Translations under genes and position numbers: made by a program
The notes under the pieces: generated by a model
The model's input: the letters and a program-made list of their open reading frames with translations, nothing else
The model's database searches: none
What the model was told of the DNA's origin: nothing
Shown: one piece after another, positions 45,951 through 56,246 of the stretch
Numbering within the stretch: position 1 is the first letter of the stretch
Layout: every line of letters begins with the position of its first letter
Source: Clostridiales bacterium
Lineage (GTDB): Bacteria; Bacillota; Clostridia; Christensenellales; Borkfalkiaceae
Direction: 5' to 3'
Assembly: GCA_015069465.1 (NCBI GenBank)
Contig: SVIO01000006.1
Span: forward strand, 24,618-88,617
DNA: 64,000 nucleotides

Positions 45951-47648
45951 TTATTTGTCTTGCAAGCACTCTTTATGGCTATCTGGCTCTACCATAATAG
46001 ACTCATAATTATCATATTTTACAAAACCCGGTTTAGCACCCTTTGGTTTTTTAACATTTTTCTTTTGAGTATAAACAATTTCGGTTTTTCCACCATCTCT
46101 ACCCTTAGAGTAATATGCACATATTTCACAACTAATTTTAATTACGTCTTTTGGTGCTTCTTGTCCATTTTGCTCTAAAATTGCGTGTGATGAGTGGTAA
46201 TCTTTTGCATGAATCCAAAGGTCGTTTGACCTTGCAGAAGAAGTTAACTTGTCATTTTCAATATTGTTTCTGCCAACCTTTAACAAAAAGCCTTTTACTT
46301 TGTAACTTCTATATGGTTTTTGCTCCACTTGTCTGCCCTTAGTTTGATTTTGTTCTTTTATTAAACCACTTATAGTAAGTTCTTTTTCTATTATTTTAAG
46401 TTCATCAATATCTTCCGAAAGTCCAATTTCATCTAGCACGCTATTATAATAACTTAACTCGCTTTCAGCCATTTCTTTTTGAATAGCAACGGCGCTTAAT
46501 GTTCGTTTTTGCTTGTTGTATTTCTTATAATAATTTTCAGCATTTTTTGATGGAGATAAAAATTCGTTTAGTTCAATTTCCATCTCGCTTCCATCGTAAT
46601 AATTTTGCAAAACGCATTTCTTTTGCCCTTGTTTTAACTGATAAATGTTTGCAAAAATTAACTCGCCTTTAATTCTATTTTCTTCGGCTGAAAGGGCATC
46701 TTTTTCTTTTGCTTTTATTGCTGTTAAACGCTTTTTAACCTTCTTAATTGCACTATTTAAAATTGCAACAAGCCTATCTCTTTTTGCCTTAAAGTTTTTG
46801 ATTTTTTCTTTATTTTCAAAGTAAAATTCTTCAGCAAGATATAACTTTTCAAACCTTATAAATTCGCCTTTTACATTTGCATATGGATATACAAAAACAT
46901 CAGCAATTTGCTCGTTATTTATAAGTACACAAGGTGAAAAACTACTATTATACAAGAACTCATTTAAGTGGTCAAAAAATTCCTGTCCATTTACTTCAAC
47001 ATGACCTTTATCGACAAAAGTTTTTACAATTTCTTTTGCTGTAATATCGGCTATACCTTGCACATTTGCTGTTATTATACTATTTAATGTTTCTATGCTT
47101 TGTTTATCAAAAATTTCAATCAAACTTTGGTCTGCTGGAAGTTTTTTGTTGCCAACCGGTGGAAACACATAGGGCTTTGAAACGATTAGTGGGCGCACGC
47201 CATCATCGAACATATTGATACCACGGTTCCCCCCTAAAACCTTGCCGTCTTCGGTTAAAATTATGTTACTATATCTGCCCATAAGTTCAACGTATAGCGT
47301 CTTTTTTATATTATCAAAAAACTCCCCCGAAAGCCTAAAATCAATCTTGACAATTCTATCAAAACCAACTAGTTCAACGCTTTCTACGCTAGCCGAAAGC
47401 AAATGCTTTCGCATAAGCATGCAAAAATTTGGCGCTGTTAAAGGGCTTTGCTCTTCTTTTTCTACAATGCCAATTCTTGGGTTTGAAGGGTTTACATTAA
47501 GTAGCAATTTCTCGGTGCGTTTACCTGTATAAACGGTTAGGTATAACACATCGTTAGATGGCTGAGTAATGCGATTTACCTTTCCACCTTTAAGTATTAA
47601 GTTTAGTTCTTTGCATAAATATCGCAAAGTGTAAGCATCTTGTGGCAT
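45951..47648 (-). CDS. rqcH: ribosome quality-control factor RqcH / NFACT (FbpA-like) family protein
   Basis: The N-terminal NFACT-N (YTLRYLCKELNLILKGGKVNRITQP), the central coiled coil and the C-terminal NFACT-R (DLWIHAKDYHSSHAIL) are typical. Confidence 0.88.
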   Translation of the reverse strand: MPQDAYTLRYLCKELNLILKGGKVNRITQPSNDVLYLTVYTGKRTEKLLLNVNPSNPRIGIVEKEEQSPLTAPNFCMLMRKHLLSASVESVELVGFDRIVKIDFRLSGEFFDNIKKTLYVELMGRYSNIILTEDGKVLGGNRGINMFDDGVRPLIVSKPYVFPPVGNKKLPADQSLIEIFDKQSIETLNSIITANVQGIADITAKEIVKTFVDKGHVEVNGQEFFDHLNEFLYNSSFSPCVLINNEQIADVFVYPYANVKGEFIRFEKLYLAEEFYFENKEKIKNFKAKRDRLVAILNSAIKKVKKRLTAIKAKEKDALSAEENRIKGELIFANIYQLKQGQKKCVLQNYYDGSEMEIELNEFLSPSKNAENYYKKYNKQKRTLSAVAIQKEMAESELSYYNSVLDEIGLSEDIDELKIIEKELTISGLIKEQNQTKGRQVEQKPYRSYKVKGFLLKVGRNNIENDKLTSSARSNDLWIHAKDYHSSHAILEQNGQEAPKDVIKISCEICAYYSKGRDGGKTEIVYTQKKNVKKPKGAKPGFVKYDNYESIMVEPDSHKECLQDK

Positions 47649-48466
47649 TATTCTCCTTTTATGCTAAAACTCTTATTGTCTAAATAATATAAAGGACTAT
47701 TTTTATCAAAATGAAGGGTTAATTTTGTTGCGATTAAGTGTTGCGATTTTGCATTATACTTTTTGTTCATTTCAAAGTCGCCATACTTGCCGTCACCTAA
47801 AATCGGATTGCCTATATGGGCAAGGTGTGCCCTTATTTGATGGGTTTTTCCCGTATATAATGTGACCGAGACTATAGAAAGGTCTTCCTTTTGCTCAATC
47901 ACTTTATATCCTGTTTTTATCATAACACTGCCCTTAACTTTGCTGTTATAAATCTTAACCAAAGCATTTTCTTCATCTTTTGTAAGATAGGCTGTTAGCG
48001 TGTCTTGCTCTTTTGGCATCTTACCAACAACTGTGGCTGTATATTCTTTGTCAAAGGTTCTATCCTTAAAGCCTTTAAGAAGTTCTTTTTCGGCAAGGCT
48101 AGAAAGCGAAAATATCATAATTCCACTAGTGTTTCTATCTAGTCTATGAATAAAACTAGCATTTTCATACTCACCACTAATTTCTTCAAAGACACTTTCG
48201 GAAGCAAAACCACTTTGCTTATTTACAACAAGCACATTTTGGTCTTGATATATTACATCGTACATCTTTGTGATTTTTGCATCATAAAAAATGTCCACCT
48301 TGTCTCCCACAGATAGATTTATGTCTTGACTTATGCGTTTGCCATTAACTTTAACATCTTTTTTTCTAAGTGCTTTCATTAAATTTGCAAATGTTAAATC
48401 ACTTATGTGATATAAGGCAAGTTTACTTAACTTGCGATTTTTGTCTGCAATAAAACTTTTTAACAT
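47648..48466 (-). CDS. RluA-family pseudouridine synthase with N-terminal S4-like domain
   Basis: The S4-like segment is ALRKKDVKVNGKRISQDINLSVGDKVDI. The catalytic motif is HRLDRNTSGIMIF, and GKTHQIRAHLAHIG is present. Its stop overlaps the rqcH start codon. Confidence 0.88.
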   Translation of the reverse strand: MLKSFIADKNRKLSKLALYHISDLTFANLMKALRKKDVKVNGKRISQDINLSVGDKVDIFYDAKITKMYDVIYQDQNVLVVNKQSGFASESVFEEISGEYENASFIHRLDRNTSGIMIFSLSSLAEKELLKGFKDRTFDKEYTATVVGKMPKEQDTLTAYLTKDEENALVKIYNSKVKGSVMIKTGYKVIEQKEDLSIVSVTLYTGKTHQIRAHLAHIGNPILGDGKYGDFEMNKKYNAKSQHLIATKLTLHFDKNSPLYYLDNKSFSIKGE

Positions 48467-48488
48467 TTATATTATAAATAAGGTATAT

Positions 48489-48525
48489 TAAAAATAAGGG
48501 ACTTCGAAAAAAATCAAAGTCCCTT
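48489..48525 (-). terminator. terminator of the 675-aa surface protein gene
   Basis: AAGGGACTT / AAGTCCCTT stem followed on the minus strand by ATTTTTAAT. Confidence 0.7.
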
Positions 48526-48537
48526 GTTATAATTCAA

Positions 48538-50565
48538 TTAGTCGTTATCGGTTTGTTCCTTTGGTTTAATGCAAAGTAAAACGATAATGCCGATAAGTGA
48601 TAATGTGCCGATAGATAAGAATACAACCGACCATATATTATTTTCTAACCATTTAGATGGAACTTCTACAATGTTAGGTTCGCTTGCTACCTTAATGATA
48701 GTGCTGTTTGTTGCATTTCTTTCTGATACAGAAGACGTTGCTGTACACTCGATTTTATATGCACCAATTCTTGTTGGAACAAACTTAAGTTCGCCATCAA
48801 AGTTAACCTTTTTAGCTTCGTCATAACTAAAGCCGTTTGATACATAATCTTCTTTTGAAATTGTTGATGCTTGTGGAATTTCTATCCAATTTTCATCATC
48901 GATATCTGCATTTATGTTTTTGTTATAGAAAAGTTTATATGTTTTTCTGCAACCTTCAGCATCGATTATGAACTTAGATGCTTTATATTCAACACCCTTA
49001 TAGCCATTGCCTTGTTTTTCAGGTGCTTTTACAATTATGTCAGCATTGTCATCAATTTCAAACCTGAATATAAAATTGCCTACATAGTTATTAACAGTGC
49101 TATCTTCACCATAAACACCATTGGTTACAACATTGTCTTTTTCAGTGATAAAATCTTCATCTTTCATTGTGTTGTCAGCATCATCGCCAAAAACAACATA
49201 GAACATGTATTCGCCAAGTTGATTCAAGTTAAATGACATATATTGAGCAGTTATAGTTTCAATTTGATTTCTATAATGCACTTCCTTACTTAAATCTTCA
49301 TAAGGATAGAAATTGTCAAACACTAAGTCCTTCATTGATGGCACGTTAAGTTCTGTGCCAAGCCCTGCAGATGTTTTTTCGCCTTGAGAATTTGTGTCTG
49401 TATATTCGCTTTCTAAAGCGTTTAGGAAACTTGCATACGCAACTTCATCATATACATATTTTGGTGCTATGTCATCAACAAAGTTTGCATCAACAAGGTG
49501 GTTTGTTACTTTAACTTCGGCAACAGCAAACTCTTCAAAAAGCACAACTTCGCCATCTACTTTTGCGCCCACACCAAACTTAACGTTTGTTCCTTTGTTA
49601 AAACGAATTGTATCTGGTATAGATGTAGAATCTTCTAATACTACATTATATTGTCCGTTAGGGTTAACCAAGAATAATGTCGTCGCATCGCCCATTAGTG
49701 AACAAGCTTTGTAACTCATTGAATATAGTTCGCCTGCAAGTTTAATTGATGTATAGCCACCATTATCTTGCCTTAAATAAAATGCTTCACTTAAATATGC
49801 TCTCTTCTTCTTTGCTGGTGTAAGTTTTGTCTCGCCATCTGCAAGTATTAACGATTGTTTATAGTCGCCGTTTGCATCGCTTCTCATTTGGTCAACATAT
49901 TCGAGAATAAATTCCCCAACAGTGCTGTCACCATCAACTAATGTATCAAGACCAATTGTTATTTTGCTTGAAACAGCCCTGTTATCAATGTTTTTAACTT
50001 TGTAAAAAATCTTTTCATCAGCATTATATTTTGCTGATATATCATTACCAACAACTGTAAGGTAAGCATTTTCAATAGCAAAGTCGATTACAGCATAGCC
50101 GTTTTCAACTTGAATATCGTTCATTGCTTGACCGTTTAACGAAACGCTTGCAAGAGTTGTTGAACCATCTTTGTATTGAAGTTTTAATTTGTTTACAATG
50201 GTCTTTTCAAAAGTAGTGCCTTCGTTTGAATATTTAGACCACTCTTTTGGGTTGCCGTTTACATAAAATGATGATAAACTGATGTCGATTGAAGTAACAA
50301 AACCTTCTGGAAGTTTCATTTTCATAGACATGTCGTTTACGATTAAATTATTCTTAAAATTAAATTCAACATTGTCTTTGGCTTCTACTTTAAGGCCTTC
50401 TTGTTCAAATGTTGCTGTAGCGCCATTTAAAGTAAAATAAGATGAAGCCGAAACTTTTGAATCGGCATAAACACTTGGTGATTTCATCATCCCCAAAGCA
50501 AGCATTGTTGACATTATAAATGCAACGATTAAAAAAACAATTTTATAGGATTTAGCCACTTTCAT
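48538..50565 (-). CDS. large secreted, C-terminally membrane-anchored protein of unknown function
   Basis: N-terminal signal peptide (IVFLIVAFIMSTMLALGMMKSPSVYADS), a ~600-aa Asn/Asp/Val-rich ectodomain that looks beta-rich by composition, and a C-terminal TM (IWSVVFLSIGTLSLIGIIVLLCI) with a short acidic tail. It has its own promoter and terminator. Confidence 0.7.
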   Translation of the reverse strand: MKVAKSYKIVFLIVAFIMSTMLALGMMKSPSVYADSKVSASSYFTLNGATATFEQEGLKVEAKDNVEFNFKNNLIVNDMSMKMKLPEGFVTSIDISLSSFYVNGNPKEWSKYSNEGTTFEKTIVNKLKLQYKDGSTTLASVSLNGQAMNDIQVENGYAVIDFAIENAYLTVVGNDISAKYNADEKIFYKVKNIDNRAVSSKITIGLDTLVDGDSTVGEFILEYVDQMRSDANGDYKQSLILADGETKLTPAKKKRAYLSEAFYLRQDNGGYTSIKLAGELYSMSYKACSLMGDATTLFLVNPNGQYNVVLEDSTSIPDTIRFNKGTNVKFGVGAKVDGEVVLFEEFAVAEVKVTNHLVDANFVDDIAPKYVYDEVAYASFLNALESEYTDTNSQGEKTSAGLGTELNVPSMKDLVFDNFYPYEDLSKEVHYRNQIETITAQYMSFNLNQLGEYMFYVVFGDDADNTMKDEDFITEKDNVVTNGVYGEDSTVNNYVGNFIFRFEIDDNADIIVKAPEKQGNGYKGVEYKASKFIIDAEGCRKTYKLFYNKNINADIDDENWIEIPQASTISKEDYVSNGFSYDEAKKVNFDGELKFVPTRIGAYKIECTATSSVSERNATNSTIIKVASEPNIVEVPSKWLENNIWSVVFLSIGTLSLIGIIVLLCIKPKEQTDND

Positions 50566-50613
50566 ATAAGCCTAAAACTCCTTATACTTATAGTTTATAA
50601 TAATACTTAATAT

Positions 50614-50642
50614 ATTTTACACGAAAAAGCCTTTCTTGTCAA
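50614..50642 (-). promoter_or_regulatory. promoter of the surface protein gene (TTGACA-N17-TAAAAT)
   Basis: The minus strand reads TTGACAagaaaggctttttcgtgTAAAAT, and an AAGGAG RBS precedes the ATG. Confidence 0.55.
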
Positions 50643-50770
50643 TTTACTTTTTGCACTTTTTTTAAATATTATTATATTTATTTATATTTTCTATATTTTT
50701 CAACTTTTATAACACCAAAATATACAATTTTGAATAATATGTATTAAATTAACATTTTTCGGTTTTACAA

Positions 50771-51304
50771 ATGATTTATTTTTTGGTTTTAACGGCACTA
50801 ACTGTAAGCATTGATTCTTTTGTTTGTGGGTTTTCACTTTCATTTATTTCTAGAAAGAAATTGCCCATAATTTTAACCATTGCTTTAACAGTTTTTCTTA
50901 TGTGTTTAATTACTAATTATGCGCCCGTTTTCTTTAGTCAATATCTAACCGAAAACACCACTATAATAGGTGGAATTATTCTTGTTTTAATTGGCACATA
51001 TAATTTTGTTAAAAGTTTTTCAAAAACTACCAAACCAAAAACGACAAATAGCCGTGGTCAAATATTACTTACAGGCATTGCTGTTGGTATGGACGGGGCG
51101 CTTGCTAATTTATCACTTTCTTTAATGAAAATAAATGAGTTTTACGTTCCTATCTTAATTGCCTTTATGCACGCAATTATGATATGGCTTGGAATACTTT
51201 TATCCCAAACGAAACTCGCCAAAAAATTTGCAAAAATCGAGTTTTTCCCACCACTAATTTTAATCTTTTTAGGTATGGAAAAGTTACTCGGTTTATTTAT
51301 ATAA
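50771..51304 (+). CDS. MntP/YtaF-like (DUF204) membrane protein, putative manganese efflux pump
   Basis: 177 aa, 6 TM. The N-terminus LTALTVSIDSFVCGFSLS and the second repeat GIAVGMDGALANLSLS resemble the duplicated DUF204 motif. Confidence 0.65.
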   Translation: MIYFLVLTALTVSIDSFVCGFSLSFISRKKLPIILTIALTVFLMCLITNYAPVFFSQYLTENTTIIGGIILVLIGTYNFVKSFSKTTKPKTTNSRGQILLTGIAVGMDGALANLSLSLMKINEFYVPILIAFMHAIMIWLGILLSQTKLAKKFAKIEFFPPLILIFLGMEKLLGLFI

Positions 51305-51341
51305 AAAGCGATGGATTTTTCCATCGCTTTTGTTTGATTTT
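51303..51341. terminator. bidirectional terminator (mntP-like / rluA-like)
   Basis: AAAGCGATGG ATTTTT CCATCGCTTT flanked by A- and T-runs. Confidence 0.75.
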
Positions 51342-51352
51342 TAATATTTTTA

Positions 51353-52063
51353 TTAAATGCTTGGCTTGATAATTGTTACTGCTCGGTCTGTGTTGAATTT
51401 ATTCCAAGGATTTAAATCTTTTGGTGGTTGAACCCTAAACACCATCCTTTCTTTGCTTACAGGGTGTGTAAACGATAGGTAATATGCCCATAATGCAAGA
51501 TTTCCTTTCTTTGCCTTTTCTCCACCATATCTCATATCGCCATATATAGGCGTGCCTATAGCATTCATTTGAACACGAATTTGGTGACTTCTGCCTGTAT
51601 GAAGCCTTACATCTACAAGCGAAAGCGCATCGTCTTTTTCTAATAAATTATATTCAAGTTCAGCAAACTTTGCACCTGCAACAGTTGGTGGACATACATA
51701 CACCATATTATTTATTGCGTTCTTTTTCATATAATGCGTTAGCGTTGCCTTTTCTTCTTTTGGCACACCACAAAGAACGGCATAATATCTCTTTTCAAAG
51801 TCACCATCTTTAAGTTGCTCTGATAGTCTTGATGCAGCCTTAGAACTCTTTGCAAACACCATAATGCCACCTGTTGGCCTATCGAGTCTATGCACTAAGC
51901 CTAAATATACATTACCCGGTTTATTATACTTTTCCTTGATATACTCTTTTAACATCGTTAGCATATCCTTATCTTTGCTCTCATCTTCGCAAGATGGAAC
52001 ATTTTGAGGCTTTAATGCAACAATTATATGATTATCTTCGTGTAAAATTATAAGTTCTTCCAT
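51353..52063 (-). CDS. RluA-family pseudouridine synthase
   Basis: HRLDRPTGGIMVFAKS catalytic motif and HTGRSHQIRVQMNAIG. Confidence 0.88.
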   Translation of the reverse strand: MEELIILHEDNHIIVALKPQNVPSCEDESKDKDMLTMLKEYIKEKYNKPGNVYLGLVHRLDRPTGGIMVFAKSSKAASRLSEQLKDGDFEKRYYAVLCGVPKEEKATLTHYMKKNAINNMVYVCPPTVAGAKFAELEYNLLEKDDALSLVDVRLHTGRSHQIRVQMNAIGTPIYGDMRYGGEKAKKGNLALWAYYLSFTHPVSKERMVFRVQPPKDLNPWNKFNTDRAVTIIKPSI

Positions 52064-52103
52064 AGTTTTTCCTACTATTTTTAGTTTACTTTTTATATAA
52101 ATG

Positions 52104-52970
52104 CTATTTTTGGTTTATCCAAATACCACTATTTCCACAAGGAAGTATTACCCCTTCTTCTCTTGTTGGAAGTCCTACTTCATAGGCTTCTACCTTGCCA
52201 CCACGCTCGTTTGCGATTGTGAGCGAAAGTATGTTTTTTAATACTTGTGGTTGAAGTCCCGTTGTGTAACTATTTATAAGCACGAAAAGTGGGTTATCAC
52301 TTAACACGCCCGTGCAAAGTTTAACAAAGCCGTATAGTTCGTTTTCTAGTTTCCACATTTCGCCATTAGGGCCTCTGCCATAACTTGGTGGGTCCATAAT
52401 GATAGCATCGTATTTTCTGCCACGGCGAATTTCTCTTTCTACAAACTTTTTGCAGTCATCGATAATGTATCTAACCTTGCCTTCTTCTAACTTAGAAAGC
52501 CTTACATTTTCACCAGCACGCTCAACCATTCCCTTTGCAGCGTCTACATGGCAAACTTTAGCGCCTGCCTTTGCACAAGCAACGGTTGCACCACCTGTGT
52601 ATGCAAATAGGTTTAGAACATTTATTTCTCTATTTTCTTTTTTGATTAAATCGGTCATTAAGTCCCAATTAACAGCTTGCTCAGGAAAAAGCCCTGTATG
52701 CTTAAATCCCATAGGTTTAACTAAAAATTTTAGGTCTTTATATTTAACCGTCCATTGCTCAGGCATTTTGCCCTTAAATTGCCATTTGCCACCACCCGTT
52801 TCACTGCGCACATACTTGGCAACTAAGCCTTTATACGATTGCATGTCGATGGTGCTATCCCAAATAACTTGTGGGTCTGGTCTAAGTAGAACTATGCCTG
52901 CCCAATCTTCTAGTTTATATCCATTTCCTGTGGCTATAACCGAATAATCTTTCCAGTTAGCAACTTTCAT
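52104..52970 (-). CDS. class I SAM-dependent (RlmI/RlmK C-terminal-like) methyltransferase
   Basis: VLNLFAYTGGATVACAKAGAKVCHVDAAK (SAM motif I) and AIIMDPPSYGRG (the DPP motif of RNA m5C/m2G-type methyltransferases). Confidence 0.8.
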   Translation of the reverse strand: MKVANWKDYSVIATGNGYKLEDWAGIVLLRPDPQVIWDSTIDMQSYKGLVAKYVRSETGGGKWQFKGKMPEQWTVKYKDLKFLVKPMGFKHTGLFPEQAVNWDLMTDLIKKENREINVLNLFAYTGGATVACAKAGAKVCHVDAAKGMVERAGENVRLSKLEEGKVRYIIDDCKKFVEREIRRGRKYDAIIMDPPSYGRGPNGEMWKLENELYGFVKLCTGVLSDNPLFVLINSYTTGLQPQVLKNILSLTIANERGGKVEAYEVGLPTREEGVILPCGNSGIWINQK

Positions 52971-55900
52971 TATTTATTAACCTTATTGATAATAACCGTG
53001 CACTCTACACCGTTAATATCAAGTTGCTTTTTAAATCCTTCAGCATCGCCTTCGATAATTGCATCGGCAAGAACAACTGCTTTAAGGTCTGCGCCATTTA
53101 TTGCATTTACAATGCTTTCATCGCTTGCAATAAAGTTTACGGTAATTCTATCAACAACTTCAAAGCCTGCTTCTTTTCTCATCGATTGAATTTTAGAAAT
53201 CAATTCTCTTTCAACGCCTTCTGCTCTTAATTCATCAGTTACAACAGTATCCATAACAACTGTGATACCATTGTCACTTGCTGCGATAAAGCCTTGCGCA
53301 CTTTCGGTTGAAATTAAAAGATCATCGATAGCGAACTCGAAATGGTCACCTTCAAAGTCAACGGCATATACCTCGCCCTTTTTAACGATTGAAACAACTT
53401 CGTTAGCATTACATGTGTCAAAGAACTTTCTAACCTTGCCAAGTTTTGCACCATACTTAGGACCTAATGTCTTGAGTTGTGGTTTAATTTTGTAGTTAAC
53501 AAACTTTGTAGCATCTACAAGATGTTCAACTTCTTTAATATTAAGTTCATCTTTTGCAATTTCAAGTAAGCCTTCAGAAAGGTCTGTTCTTCTTTCAGAA
53601 CATACGAAAATTTTTCTGAGTGGTTGTCTATTTTTGATATTTGCAGTATTTCTACATGCTCTACCTAAAACAACGATATCTAAAACGTTTTGCATGCCGT
53701 CTTCTAAGTTTTTATCAATAGCGCTTTCATCAACTTGTGGAAAAGCACATAAGTGAACTGACTTAGGAGCGTCCTCAAAGAAGTTTGGAACTAAGTTTTG
53801 GTAAATACTTTCAGCCATAAATGGTGTAAATGGTGCTGAAAGTTTTGCCATTGTTACAAGAACTGTATAAAGTGTTGTGTATGCAGCGATTTTATCATCG
53901 TTCATATCAGCGCCCCAATATCTTTCTCTGCCACGGCGAACATACCAATTTGATAGGTCATCTGTAAAACTTTGAAGTGCCCTTGCACTATCAAAAATGT
54001 TATATGAACTTAAACCTTGGTCAACAGTCTTAATAAGTGTGTTAAGTTTTGAAAGCACCCACTTATCCATAAGAGTGAGTTTGCAATCTTTAAGCGAATA
54101 ATCTTTTGGATTATATTTATCGATATCAGCATAAAGAACAAAGAAGGCATAAGTGTTCCAAAGCGTTCCCATGAACTTTCTTTGTGCTTCTGAAACGGCT
54201 TCTTCATAGAATCTTGATGGAAGCCATGGTGCTGAACCTGTGTAGAAATACCATCTAATAGCATCTGCGCCTTGCTTATCTAAGATTGTCCAAGGGTCAA
54301 CGACATTGCCCTTGTGCTTACTCATTTTTATGCCGTTTTTATCGTTTACGTGACCTAAAACGATACAATTCTTAAATGGTGCTTTTTCAAAGAGTAATGT
54401 TGAAATAGCAAGAAGCGTATAGAACCAACCACGAGTTTGGTCAATTGCTTCACTAATGAAGTCTGCTGGGAAATGTGATTCGAAGAGTTCTTTATTTTCA
54501 AATGGATAGTGATATTGAGCAAATGGCATTGAGCCAGAGTCAAACCAGCAGTCTATAACTTCTTTTTCTCTAACGAAAGTACCACCACATTCGCATGCGA
54601 ATTCGCAACCATCGATATATGGACGGTGAAGTTCGATATCCCCACTGATACCACATAGGTCTTTTAATTCCTTTTTGCTACCGATAACGTGGATTTTGCC
54701 ACACTTGTTACATACCCATACAGGAAGTGGTGTACCCCAATAACGTTCTCTTGATAATCCCCAATCAATAACGTTTTCAAGAAAGTTACCCATTCTGCCG
54801 TTCTTGATTGTTTCTGGCATCCAATTGATTGAATTGTTTGCTTCGATAAGTTTATCTTTAACTGCTGTCATTTTGATGAACCAACTTGACCTTGCATAGT
54901 ATAGAAGTGGCGTGTCACAACGCCAACAGAAAGGATAACTATGTTCAAATGGAAGTTCCTTAAAGAGCAAACCATCTTCTTTGAGCATTTTTATAATAAT
55001 CTTATCTGCATCTTTAACAAACTTGCCTGCTAAAATACCTGTTGATTCTAGCATATTGCCCCTATCGTCAACAAGTTTAACAAATGGAAGGTTATATTTT
55101 CTTCCAACGTTTGCGTCATCTTCACCAAATGCAGGTGCAATGTGAACGATACCACTACCATCAGTGAGTGTTACATAACCATCGCAAACTACATAATATG
55201 CCTTTTCCTTAAATGTGCCTTTAGCATAATCAAAGAGTGGAATATATTCTGCATATTCATATTCGATACCCTTTTTGATGCTAACAGTTTGATAGTTTTC
55301 AAAAAGTGATGGAACGAGTGCGTTTGCTAGAATATAAGTTGAGCCATCTTCAGCGATAATTTCAGCATAGTCTTCTTTTGGATTCATACAGAGCGCAACG
55401 TTTGATGGAAGTGTCCAAGGTGTTGTTGTCCAAGCAAGGAAATATGCGTTTTCTCTATCCTTAATCTTAAAACGAACAAATACAGACACATCTTTAACGT
55501 CTTTATAGCCTTGTGCTACTTCGTGTGAAGAAAGTGCTGTTCCACAACGTGGGCAATATGGAACGATTTTGTGGCCTTTATATAAAAGTCCTTTTTCGGC
55601 GATTGTCTTAATAGCCCACCATACCGATTCGATATAGTTATCATCGTAAGTAACATAAGGGTTTTCCATATCAGCCCAATAGCCAACACGGTCACTCATT
55701 TTTTCCCATTCGCCCTTATATTTCCAAACGCTTTCTTTACATTTTTTAATAAATGGTTCGATACCATATTTTTCTATTTCTTGTTTGCCGTCAATACCTA
55801 AAAGTTTTTCAACTTCAAGTTCAACAGGAAGACCATGAGTGTCCCAACCTGCCTTTCTTAAGCAGTGTTCACCCTTCATAACATGGTAGCGTGGAATAAT

Positions 55901-56098
55901 ATCTTTAATTACACGAGTTAAAATATGACCAATGTGTGGCTTACCATTTGCTGTTGGTGGACCATCGTAAAAGGTAAACTCTTTGCTACCTTCGTTTTCG
56001 GCAATATTTTGCTCAAAAATTTTATTTTCTTTCCAAAACTTTAAAACTTCTTTTTCCCTGTCTAAAAAATTAAGGGTTGTGTCAACTTTTTTATACAT
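52970..56098 (-). CDS. ileS: isoleucyl-tRNA synthetase, type 2 (1042 aa)
   Basis: HIGH motif PPTANGKPHIGH, KMSKS motif KMSKHKGN, and a long C-terminal extension without the type-1 zinc-finger tail. Confidence 0.95.
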   Translation of the reverse strand: MYKKVDTTLNFLDREKEVLKFWKENKIFEQNIAENEGSKEFTFYDGPPTANGKPHIGHILTRVIKDIIPRYHVMKGEHCLRKAGWDTHGLPVELEVEKLLGIDGKQEIEKYGIEPFIKKCKESVWKYKGEWEKMSDRVGYWADMENPYVTYDDNYIESVWWAIKTIAEKGLLYKGHKIVPYCPRCGTALSSHEVAQGYKDVKDVSVFVRFKIKDRENAYFLAWTTTPWTLPSNVALCMNPKEDYAEIIAEDGSTYILANALVPSLFENYQTVSIKKGIEYEYAEYIPLFDYAKGTFKEKAYYVVCDGYVTLTDGSGIVHIAPAFGEDDANVGRKYNLPFVKLVDDRGNMLESTGILAGKFVKDADKIIIKMLKEDGLLFKELPFEHSYPFCWRCDTPLLYYARSSWFIKMTAVKDKLIEANNSINWMPETIKNGRMGNFLENVIDWGLSRERYWGTPLPVWVCNKCGKIHVIGSKKELKDLCGISGDIELHRPYIDGCEFACECGGTFVREKEVIDCWFDSGSMPFAQYHYPFENKELFESHFPADFISEAIDQTRGWFYTLLAISTLLFEKAPFKNCIVLGHVNDKNGIKMSKHKGNVVDPWTILDKQGADAIRWYFYTGSAPWLPSRFYEEAVSEAQRKFMGTLWNTYAFFVLYADIDKYNPKDYSLKDCKLTLMDKWVLSKLNTLIKTVDQGLSSYNIFDSARALQSFTDDLSNWYVRRGRERYWGADMNDDKIAAYTTLYTVLVTMAKLSAPFTPFMAESIYQNLVPNFFEDAPKSVHLCAFPQVDESAIDKNLEDGMQNVLDIVVLGRACRNTANIKNRQPLRKIFVCSERRTDLSEGLLEIAKDELNIKEVEHLVDATKFVNYKIKPQLKTLGPKYGAKLGKVRKFFDTCNANEVVSIVKKGEVYAVDFEGDHFEFAIDDLLISTESAQGFIAASDNGITVVMDTVVTDELRAEGVERELISKIQSMRKEAGFEVVDRITVNFIASDESIVNAINGADLKAVVLADAIIEGDAEGFKKQLDINGVECTVIINKVNK

Positions 56099-56204
56099 AC
56101 AAGTCTCCGTAAAAGTATTATAAATATTTAAAATATATCTTTCTAATTATAACTACAAAAGAGCATTTTGTAAAGCCTTTATTCTACATTTTCGCACATT
56201 TTCT

Positions 56205-56246
56205 TAATAAAAATGAAAAAGCAACCCATTTTTTTGAGTTGCTTTT
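56205..56246 (-). terminator. terminator after tpiA
   Basis: AAAAGCAAC / GTTGCTTTT stem followed on the minus strand by TCATTTTTATT. Confidence 0.7.

Noticed and set aside
50566-50770. Possible yybP-ykoY manganese riboswitch upstream of the MntP-like gene
   Set aside because: The region is almost pure A/T. It lacks the G-rich conserved cores and four-way-junction helices of that riboswitch.
52399-52947. 182-aa plus-strand ORF antisense to the methyltransferase gene
   Set aside because: It is a shadow ORF on the opposite strand of a well-supported gene, with no RBS or promoter and a low-complexity Ser/Pro/Leu composition.
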